NCBI GenBank assembly: GCA_964252595.1
Contig: CAXUNT010000012.1
Location: 4,537-68,536, forward strand
Source: an uncultured Armatimonadales bacterium
GTDB lineage: Bacteria; Armatimonadota; Armatimonadia; Armatimonadales; Capsulimonadaceae
Direction: 5' to 3'
Length of the DNA: 64,000 nt
Each line of letters opens with the position of its first letter. The first letter of the stretch is position 1. Positions 47,442 through 54,817 of the stretch are shown here, one piece after another. The notes beneath the pieces were generated by a model that was not told where the DNA came from, ran no database searches, and worked only from the letters and a program-made list of their open reading frames with translations. A program made the translations under genes and the position numbers.

Positions 47442-48434
47442 ATGACTTTAGAAGAACAATTCTCGCGGCTGATCCAGATTTTGCAGCTTTTAGACCGGGA
47501 GCCGTTTCACTGGGACGCCGCCGCGCTGGAAGAAAAGTTTGACGTGTCCCGCGCCACGATTGAGCGGGACATCGCGGTTCTGCGGCAGTGGGGCCAAGTC
47601 AAGCGCAAAGACGGCAAGTTCGGCCTAGCGGAAATGAAGTTCCTGCCGACCTCGTTCACGCCGCCCGAAGCCCTCGCCCTGCGGCTCGCCGGGACCAGCT
47701 TCGCGTCCCAAGCCGGGTCGGTGTACAAAGACTCGCTCACGTCCGCGCTCAAAAAAATTGACCTCGTCCTGCCGCGCCGGATCGCCGCTGAAGTGAAAAA
47801 AGCCGGGGAGCGTGTCTCGGTGGGCTTGCCGGTCGTGCGCGATTTTTCCGCCGAAGTCTACCAGAACTTAGAGTCGGCGATTGTCCGGCATCACCCCGTA
47901 GACATTACCTACTTGTCCCGGACGCGCCCGGAGCCGACCAAGCGGCGCGTGGATCCCTATGGCCTGACTTATAAAATTGGCGCGTGGTATCTGGTCGGCT
48001 ACTGCCACTTGCGTCAGGGCATACGCACCTTCGGCCTGGACCGAATCAAGTGGATGCGGGTGCGTGAAGACGCCCGGTTCTCTTATCCCGCCGACTTTGA
48101 CCTCGCGGAGTGGCTGGCAAAGGGCTGGCAGTTGCAAGCCGGCGGCGAGCCGACCGAAGTGGTCGTGCGCTTTGACGCGGAAGTGGCAAGCTGGATCGCG
48201 AACAGCCACTGGCACGCGACCCAGCGGATTGAAAAGCAGCCTGACGGCGGCCTTTTGTTCCGGGTGACCGTGCATGGGTATGAGGAGATGCTTTACTGGG
48301 TGCTGTCGTTCGGCGCACAGGCCGAAGTGCTGGAACCCCTGCCCCTGCGTGCCGCGGTCGCAGAGTCTGCCCGGAAGATGGCAGAGCGTTATGAACGCGT
48401 TCTTTCTAACCTCGCTCAGCCCACCGCAGCATAG
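47442..48434 (+). CDS. HTH-WYL-WCX transcriptional regulator (PafBC/BrxR/CapW-like architecture)
   Basis: N-terminal wHTH (FDVSRATIERDIAVLRQWG) and a WYL core (YKIGAWYLVGYCHLRQGIRTFGLDRI). The start is 1 nt after the upstream stop. Confidence 0.8.
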   Translation: MTLEEQFSRLIQILQLLDREPFHWDAAALEEKFDVSRATIERDIAVLRQWGQVKRKDGKFGLAEMKFLPTSFTPPEALALRLAGTSFASQAGSVYKDSLTSALKKIDLVLPRRIAAEVKKAGERVSVGLPVVRDFSAEVYQNLESAIVRHHPVDITYLSRTRPEPTKRRVDPYGLTYKIGAWYLVGYCHLRQGIRTFGLDRIKWMRVREDARFSYPADFDLAEWLAKGWQLQAGGEPTEVVVRFDAEVASWIANSHWHATQRIEKQPDGGLLFRVTVHGYEEMLYWVLSFGAQAEVLEPLPLRAAVAESARKMAERYERVLSNLAQPTAA

Positions 48435-48496
48435 CGAGAAAAGTTGTCTCTCTGTAGGCCGCCTCGCGTTCTCCGCCGAGACCCCTGTTTCCCTTC

Positions 48497-48529
48497 CTTA
48501 ACATTGCTTTAACATCGCTCTCGTGTAAT
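48497..48529 (+). promoter_or_regulatory. Pho-box-like promoter module, copy A (orphan)
   Basis: CTTAACAT (48497) and TTTAACAT (48508) lie 11 bp apart. TGTAAT (48524-48529) follows 9 nt after the proximal TTAACA. Confidence 0.5.
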
Positions 48530-48755
48530 AACCAGAGTGCACTCTGATTAAGCGGCTCCGGGGACTGCCGTTCGGCATCAGAAGTACTGTCAATCTCATT
48601 CAGATAGCTGCGTCGCGATTGCCCCCACTGTGCTTGTGTCGGGCTGGTCCATGCGAGGCGTTTCTTTCTCGGCGAGCAGGTCAAAGGGCGGGAGACACAA
48701 CAAACGATACCTCAAAAATAGGTACAATCGCGATCATAAAGGGAGATATGACATC

Positions 48756-49511
48756 ATGAAAGCAGAGACCACAGCGCCCGCTGATGCAAACGCCGCGACG
48801 CCCGCCAAGATGCTCCCGTTTGCCCGCGCCCTGGCTCATGACGTGCAGGCGGCGCTACAGCCTCGCTTGCGTCTTCCTGTTGCCCCGCAAACGTTGCTGT
48901 CGGCAGCCGATGCCTCGCACCAGTTCTACGAGCAGACCTGGCGGCATGTCCAAAGCTTAAACGTTGTCCCCCACGCCTGCGCTGCCGGCTGCGCTTATTG
49001 CTGCCACTTGACTGTTGAAGCATCCGCCCCGGAAGTCTTTTTGATCGCCGCTTTTCTCGCGCATCTGCCTGCCGAACGCCTCGAGGCCGTGAAAGCGCGT
49101 GTCCGCCAAACGGCCACCGCTGTGCGCGGCCTGTCGCCGGACGCGCGTGTCCGTGCCGCCGTGCCATGCGCCCTGCTGGAAGAGGGCCGGTGCAGCGTCT
49201 ACGGTGTCCGGCCCCTCGGCTGCCGGTCGTGGAACAGCCGCGACGCCCGCGCCTGCGCTCAGGTGATGGAGCAGGGCGGGGGAGACTTGCGCCCGGTGCA
49301 GGACCAGCGCCCCGGCGGGATCGAGTCGGGGATACGCGCAGGCTTCGCGGCGGCCCTGCAAGAAGCGGGCCTGCCGGAAGACGACACGCGCCGCTGCGAG
49401 CTGAATACGGCGCTTCAGATCGCACTGGAAGACCCCTCGGCGCTTTCCGGCTGGCTCGGCGGAACCGACACGCTTGCCCCCGCGCGAGCCGCAGTGAAAT
49501 ACGCGAAATAG
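48756..49511 (+). CDS. YkgJ/UPF0153-type cysteine-cluster (CxxCxxCC) zinc/iron-chelating domain protein
   Basis: CAAGCAYCCH ... PCALLEEGRCSVYGVRPLGCRSW. ATG at 48756 with an AAGGGAGA RBS. Confidence 0.7.
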   Translation: MKAETTAPADANAATPAKMLPFARALAHDVQAALQPRLRLPVAPQTLLSAADASHQFYEQTWRHVQSLNVVPHACAAGCAYCCHLTVEASAPEVFLIAAFLAHLPAERLEAVKARVRQTATAVRGLSPDARVRAAVPCALLEEGRCSVYGVRPLGCRSWNSRDARACAQVMEQGGGDLRPVQDQRPGGIESGIRAGFAAALQEAGLPEDDTRRCELNTALQIALEDPSALSGWLGGTDTLAPARAAVKYAK

Positions 49512-49539
49512 GAAGTTTTCAAAAAACTTCCTTCGTTTT
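49511..49539 (+). terminator. Rho-independent terminator
   Basis: GGAAGTTTT-CAA-AAAACTTCC (perfect 9-bp stem) followed by TTCGTTTT. Confidence 0.7.
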
Positions 49540-49578
49540 GTAAGCCGCCTCGCGTTCCCCACCAAAACATCGTTTTCC

Positions 49579-49611
49579 CTTAATGCTCTCTTAACATTGC
49601 CCTTGTATAAT
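49579..49611 (+). promoter_or_regulatory. Pho-box-like promoter module, copy B
   Basis: CTTAATGC (49579) and CTTAACAT (49590) lie 11 bp apart. TATAAT (49606-49611) follows 9 nt after the proximal TTAACA. It sits about 45 nt upstream of the PEP-CTERM gene. Confidence 0.55.
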
Positions 49612-49654
49612 TTCGTGGTTGTACCGTGAAATTTTGTTTAAGGAGCTTCTTTCC

Positions 49655-50278
49655 ATGATGACGTCTCAACTTATCTCGCTCCGGCTGGCCTGCGGCGCAG
49701 CCGTCGCCGCTGCCGGCTTGCTGTCCGCCCCCGGCGCGTTTGCACAGTCCCCAACGCCGACTTCCTACTTCTTCCAAGTCGAGAACAATACGTTGTCCGG
49801 TGGCGATCCTGTCTTTTCCGTGATCGACAACCTGACTTTCAGCAATTTGCAGATCAACGAGACCTTCACCGGCGGCTTTACCCAGACGATCCAGCTTGGC
49901 AGCCTCGATACGGCTACGTTTGACACTTTCAGCAATACGTTTTCAACTTCCAGCCCGCTGACATCGGCAGTTCTCACAGGGAACATCGGCTCCGGCCCCG
50001 CCCAAAATGTGAACACGGAAACGACGATTGGCGGCCCGATCACGCCGCAGTATGTTTCTTCCACGTTCTCTGCTTCCTTGTTCGGCCCCGCGCAAACTGG
50101 AACCGCATTGGGTACCTTCAGCCTTTTAGACGGCAATGACAACGTAGTTAATTCGGTCACTATCCTTGCGCCGGCCGCCGTGCCGGAAGCGTCCACCACC
50201 GTCTCGCTTGGCCTTCTGCTGGCCCTCGGCCTCGGTGCTGTGGCTGTGTCCCGTCGCCGCGCCGCTTCTGCAAAATAA
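49655..50278 (+). CDS. Small secreted PEP-CTERM-anchored protein (paralogue of 54075-54761)
   Basis: AAGGAG RBS and a signal peptide. C-terminal PAAVPEASTTVSLGLLLALGLGAVAVSRRRAAS has the PEP-CTERM layout: VPEAS motif, TM helix, Arg cluster. Confidence 0.85.
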   Translation: MMTSQLISLRLACGAAVAAAGLLSAPGAFAQSPTPTSYFFQVENNTLSGGDPVFSVIDNLTFSNLQINETFTGGFTQTIQLGSLDTATFDTFSNTFSTSSPLTSAVLTGNIGSGPAQNVNTETTIGGPITPQYVSSTFSASLFGPAQTGTALGTFSLLDGNDNVVNSVTILAPAAVPEASTTVSLGLLLALGLGAVAVSRRRAASAK

Positions 50279-50309
50279 TTATTTCGTCAACGATGAGGAA
50301 CATCACACC

Positions 50310-53300
50310 ATGAAACATAGCCAAATCAAGGGCAGCGCCGCCGCACTCGGCGCGGCCTTTTTGACCCTCCTCGGCGGGAGCGCTGCACTCGCGCAGGTCA
50401 ACGGCACTAACTGGGGCACCGTCACTGCTCCCGTCTATGGCACGTCTGAAAAGCAGCGGGCCGACGGCACCGCAACCACCGCTTACAGCAGCGCTGAGCT
50501 TTTAGCAGGGCCGAACAAGTCCGGCGAATTGGTCCTGCCGCCCGGCGCGACCCCGACCTACTTTGACGGCGTCCTGCCGAACGGCAAAATCGTTGCCCCC
50601 GCCGGCATTGTCGCCCAAATCGGAATGCACCCGCTCGGCAGCGCTTTAACCCCTGACGGCCAGTACCTTGTCCTTTCCTGCGATGACGAGCGCAACATCA
50701 CCGGCGGCCTGTCTACTCTGCCTTCGCCCACTTCGGCCGGCGGCTCGGTGAACCTGCTCGGCGGCTACTCCGTGACGGTCCTGCGGACTTCAGACATGAC
50801 CGTCGCCGCTCAGACCGCCGTCGGCCCGCTGTTTGTCGGCCTGCAAATCGTGCCGAGCGGCACCGGCTACACGATCTATGCTTCCGGCGGCGGCGACCAG
50901 AACGTCAAAGTGCTGACGTTCACTCCGCCGGCGGGAACGAGCGCCGGCACCTTGACTTCCGGGACGGCGATCAGAATCAACCCGATCACGCCGAACGCCA
51001 CCCCGACTAATTTCACCCAGGTTCCCCTCAAGACCACGAACCCGGCGACGGGCGTTACTACCTACAGCACCCCGACGACCTTCAATGGCGGCGACTTTCC
51101 TGAAAACTCCGGCAGCAGCGGCGTTCCCGGCGGCGGCGGCTTCGGCAGCACGGGCGGCGGCACAGCAGCGTTCCTGACGGCCAACCAGATTTCGTTCCCC
51201 GCCGGCTCGGCGCTTTCCCCCGACGGCAAGTATCTGTATGTCGCCTGCAACGGCGACAACAGTCTGGCCGTGATCGCGACGGCGGCCAACACCACGGCGA
51301 CGCCCAACACAGTTATTAAGCAGATTCCGGTCGGCTTCCTGCCCTACGGCGTCACGGTCAGCCGCGACGGCACCAAAGTCTTGGTTTCCAACTGGGGCGT
51401 TGAGCCGTACACATTTATTGGCGCACCGACGCAGGATGCTTCCGGCAACATCACTGCACTGGCGTCGGTCACGCCGGGTCAGGATACAAGCGGCCTGTTC
51501 TTTGTCCCTGTGACCAGCATGTCCGGCGGCAACCCGAAAACTTCTTCGGTGTCGGTCATCAGCGTTCCCGGTGCAAACCCGGCGAATGCGTCCGTCGTCG
51601 GCGCGGTCTACGAAGGCCAGCCGGGCGGCCCGGATGACCGTATTCTGGTCGGCGAAACCCATCCGTCCGCTATGGCGATTGTCCGGCTCGGCACGCAGGA
51701 AGTGGAATACGTTACCAAGTCCAACTCCGACTCGCTCGGCCTGATCTTGGTTGCCAACAACCGCAAGCTGCCCGACTTCAACTTGTCCCCGCTGAACCTG
51801 AACCTGCCGGACGGTCACCTTGTCCACGGCTCGTACCCGAATGCCCTGGCGGTCTCGCCCGACAACAAGCGGCTGTATGTCGCCGAAGCGGGCCTGGATT
51901 CTGTGGCTGTGCTGGACGTGTCTACCCCGACTTCGCCGAAGCTGCTGGGCCGCATCCCGACAGGCTGGTATCCTTCCGCCTTGTCGGTGAGCGCCGACGG
52001 CCAGACCCTGTACGTCGTCAACGATAAAGGCGTCGCGGAGGACCTGAACCCGAAGACGGATTTTGCCGGCAACCCGACTGCGTCCGGGATCGAGTCGTTC
52101 TCCAACTCAAACTCGATGTTCGGGACGGTGCAGAAAATCAATTTGGCGTCTTTGCCGCTGGACAACACGACAGCACTGAAAAACGACTTCGCGGTCCAGA
52201 ACGCGGCCAATCTTGACACCAGCATTGTCCCAATTGGCGGCGGGGCGTCCGGCAAGATCAAGCACGTCATCTTTATCCTGCATGAAAACAAGACGTTTGA
52301 CTCCATGCTCGGCAACCAGCCGCATTTCGGCGTTTTTGCCAACCAAGATTACAACTTGGCTTCCGGCGCGACTTCTTTTGACCAGGAATATGCCGTCACC
52401 GGCTACACGGGCTTTACGTCCATCGCCCTGAACACGCAGGCGCTGGCCGACACGTTCGCCACCGGCGTCAACTACTACTCGGACGCGGAAGAAAGCGACG
52501 GCGGACATCAATTTTCGGCTTCCGGCACGGCGTCGGACTTCACCGAAAAAACGCTGCTGGTCAAAGGCGGGCGCGGTTTGCTCTCGAACAAGAACATGGA
52601 GCCGGAAGATTACCCGGAAGGCGGCTACATCTTCAACAACGCCGCCCGGAACAACGTCTCGTTCAAGGACTACGGCGCTTTGATCCGCGTCACCGGCACT
52701 GACAACGGCTATGCGAACCCCGCCAAGACCATTGACCCGCCGAGCGGCTTGGCTGGCGTTCCCGTCGCCCCCGAAAGCAGCCCCGTTCTGAACGGCATGA
52801 ACACAGTCGGCCAGCAGAACCCGCCGAACGGCACTGCCACAACGCCCAATACGGCGGTCGCGACCCCCGCCGCCACAAACCAGCCGGCGGAAGTAAACGG
52901 CATCTACAACAGTGCCGCAAACCCCACGGGCAGCGATGTCACTTCACTGACTCAGGGCCTGGGCCAGTCCTACTTCCTGAAGAACCCGATCCTGGCAATT
53001 TTGGGCGAAAGCAACGCCAGCGGCGAGCCGCATTTGGATAAAAACTATCCTGGCTACAACTTCGGCATTTCCGATCAGCGCCGCGCCTTAGAGTTCAACA
53101 AGGACTTTGACCGCATGGCGGCTGCCGGAACGCTGCCGACGTACATCTACTTGTATCAGCCGAACGACCACTCCGGCAATCCGGCGGCGACCTCAAACAT
53201 CGCCATCACCGGCGGCAGCCCTTCCGGCGCGGAGCTGATCGCCGACGGCGACACGGCTTTGGGTATGGTCGTCAAGCACATCATGCAGAGCCAGGCGTAC

Positions 53301-53900
53301 TACAACAGCGCAGACGGCACCGGCTCGGCGATCTTCTTCACCTATGACGATGCCCAGTCGGGCCGCGACCACCTGGACCCACACCGGACGCCGATGATCG
53401 TCATCAGCCCCTATGCCAAGCCCGGCTTCCTGGCGACGCGCCACTACTCAACGGCCTCCATCGTCAAGACCGAAGAACTGCTGATGGGCCTGCCGCCGAA
53501 CAACTACGGCGACCTGCTGGCAACCGATCTGCGCGATATGTTCCAGTCCACCTACAACGGTATCCACCTCAGCGCCGACGGCCTGACCCTCTTGGGGCCG
53601 AACCAAATGTCGCTTGCCAAGCTGCACGCGAAAAGCACTTATGTGGCAACCGCACCGGGCCGCAAAGTGTGGACGTTGTCGCAGAAGCTGGATTCGTCCT
53701 CCCCGGACCAAGATTCCTACCGCCTCAGCATGGTCACCCTGCTGTCCATGCAGGCCGACACGCTGTACCATCAAGCCGCGAAGAAGCACACGCTGAACAC
53801 GGCAGCCTACAAGTCCGAGCAGGCGCGTGTCTACCAGGCTGCGATCAAAGTCGTCAACGGCCCGAAAGTCGGCGGCGATGACGATAAAGACGGCGGCTAG
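50310..53900 (+). CDS. Secreted fusion protein: N-terminal YVTN/YncE-like beta-propeller repeats plus a C-terminal phosphoesterase-family (phospholipase C / AcpA acid-phosphatase type) domain
   Basis: Propeller-like units (SALSPDGKYLYVACNGDNSLAVI, VTVSRDGTKVLVSN, LAVSPDNKRLYVAEAGLDSVAVLD, LSVSADGQTLYVVN). Phosphoesterase start block IKHVIFILHENKTFDSMLG and late blocks FTYDDAQSGRDHLDPHRTPMIVISPY. ATG at 50310 with a GAGGAA RBS. Confidence 0.8.
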   Translation: MKHSQIKGSAAALGAAFLTLLGGSAALAQVNGTNWGTVTAPVYGTSEKQRADGTATTAYSSAELLAGPNKSGELVLPPGATPTYFDGVLPNGKIVAPAGIVAQIGMHPLGSALTPDGQYLVLSCDDERNITGGLSTLPSPTSAGGSVNLLGGYSVTVLRTSDMTVAAQTAVGPLFVGLQIVPSGTGYTIYASGGGDQNVKVLTFTPPAGTSAGTLTSGTAIRINPITPNATPTNFTQVPLKTTNPATGVTTYSTPTTFNGGDFPENSGSSGVPGGGGFGSTGGGTAAFLTANQISFPAGSALSPDGKYLYVACNGDNSLAVIATAANTTATPNTVIKQIPVGFLPYGVTVSRDGTKVLVSNWGVEPYTFIGAPTQDASGNITALASVTPGQDTSGLFFVPVTSMSGGNPKTSSVSVISVPGANPANASVVGAVYEGQPGGPDDRILVGETHPSAMAIVRLGTQEVEYVTKSNSDSLGLILVANNRKLPDFNLSPLNLNLPDGHLVHGSYPNALAVSPDNKRLYVAEAGLDSVAVLDVSTPTSPKLLGRIPTGWYPSALSVSADGQTLYVVNDKGVAEDLNPKTDFAGNPTASGIESFSNSNSMFGTVQKINLASLPLDNTTALKNDFAVQNAANLDTSIVPIGGGASGKIKHVIFILHENKTFDSMLGNQPHFGVFANQDYNLASGATSFDQEYAVTGYTGFTSIALNTQALADTFATGVNYYSDAEESDGGHQFSASGTASDFTEKTLLVKGGRGLLSNKNMEPEDYPEGGYIFNNAARNNVSFKDYGALIRVTGTDNGYANPAKTIDPPSGLAGVPVAPESSPVLNGMNTVGQQNPPNGTATTPNTAVATPAATNQPAEVNGIYNSAANPTGSDVTSLTQGLGQSYFLKNPILAILGESNASGEPHLDKNYPGYNFGISDQRRALEFNKDFDRMAAAGTLPTYIYLYQPNDHSGNPAATSNIAITGGSPSGAELIADGDTALGMVVKHIMQSQAYYNSADGTGSAIFFTYDDAQSGRDHLDPHRTPMIVISPYAKPGFLATRHYSTASIVKTEELLMGLPPNNYGDLLATDLRDMFQSTYNGIHLSADGLTLLGPNQMSLAKLHAKSTYVATAPGRKVWTLSQKLDSSSPDQDSYRLSMVTLLSMQADTLYHQAAKKHTLNTAAYKSEQARVYQAAIKVVNGPKVGGDDDKDGG

Positions 53901-53923
53901 TTTGCCTCCTGCCCGCATCCCCT

Positions 53924-53952
53924 GCCCCGGTTCTGATGAGCCGGGGCTTTTT
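53924..53952 (+). terminator. Rho-independent terminator
   Basis: GCCCCGG-(10 nt)-CCGGGGC followed by TTTTT. Confidence 0.65.
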
Positions 53953-53978
53953 CCTGTCTCCACTCTGATCCGCCGCTT

Positions 53979-54033
53979 CTTAATGTTAACTTAATGTCTT
54001 CTTAACACTGGTTTAACATTGCCCCCGTATAAT
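53979..54033 (+). promoter_or_regulatory. Pho-box-like promoter module, copy C: four direct repeats phased at 11 bp, plus TATAAT
   Basis: CTTAATGT (53979), CTTAATGT (53990), CTTAACAC (54001), TTTAACAT (54012). TATAAT at 54028-54033. Confidence 0.6.
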
Positions 54034-54074
54034 GATCAGGTTGCACCATCCACAAGCATTGAGGAGACACATCC

Positions 54075-54761
54075 ATGAACACCACCCACTTCGCCTTTCG
54101 CTCATTTTTCGGTTTTGCCGTCGCCGGAGCCGCGCTCTGTTCGGCGGGCGGCGCGTCCGCTCAGACCGCAACTCCCTTTTATGCGTTTGTCGTCAGCAAC
54201 CTGACCGAATCCAACGGCAGCCTCGCTTACCCGGTGTATGACTCGGTGACGTTCGCCTCCCCGGAGATCAATGAAGTCTTTGCCGACGGATATACCAATT
54301 CTTTTGCCATCGGCGACGCGAACAACAGTGTGCAGGCAATGGACAAGCAGGCCAGCGCCTTGATGACGTCAGCGCCCGGCACCGGGTTTTCCGATCCGGT
54401 ACATGGAGCGCTGACCTCGGCTACCCTGACCGGCAGCCTTGCTTTTCCGAACTTCGGGCCGGCGAACACTCTTTCCCTTTCTGTTCTGACAGATGCCGCC
54501 GGGGACCAGACCCAGCAGAGCGTTTTCACCCCGTTTTCCGCCTCTTTGTTCGGTCCCGCCTCATCGGGCATCGCCGTCGGCACGTTCAGCCTGATGAACC
54601 TCGGCAGCAGCCAGGGCACGACGGTGGACATTGATGCGACGCCGGTTCCCGCCGCTGTTCCCGAAGCCTCCACCAACGTATCTCTCGGCCTGCTCCTGAT
54701 GCTCGGCCTCGGCGGCACGGTCATCGCCCGCCGCCGGCGCACGGCAAGCGCGGCAAGCTGA
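54075..54761 (+). CDS. Small secreted PEP-CTERM-anchored protein (paralogue of 49655-50278)
   Basis: GAGGAG RBS and a signal peptide. Shared blocks FSASLFGPA..G.A.GTFSL and PAAVPEASTNVSLGLLLMLGLGGTVIARRRRTAS. Confidence 0.85.
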   Translation: MNTTHFAFRSFFGFAVAGAALCSAGGASAQTATPFYAFVVSNLTESNGSLAYPVYDSVTFASPEINEVFADGYTNSFAIGDANNSVQAMDKQASALMTSAPGTGFSDPVHGALTSATLTGSLAFPNFGPANTLSLSVLTDAAGDQTQQSVFTPFSASLFGPASSGIAVGTFSLMNLGSSQGTTVDIDATPVPAAVPEASTNVSLGLLLMLGLGGTVIARRRRTASAAS

Positions 54762-54817
54762 ACAAGCGCCCGGATTATCTCACGATTACCTTCTCACGAT
54801 TCTCTAAGGAGACACCG

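Noticed and set aside
49591-49611. Reading TTAACA as an ordinary sigma70 -35 hexamer for the TATAAT boxes.
   Set aside because: The spacer would be only 9 nt against the canonical 16-18 nt. The 11-bp phased repetition of the motif argues for an activator-binding array that replaces the -35.
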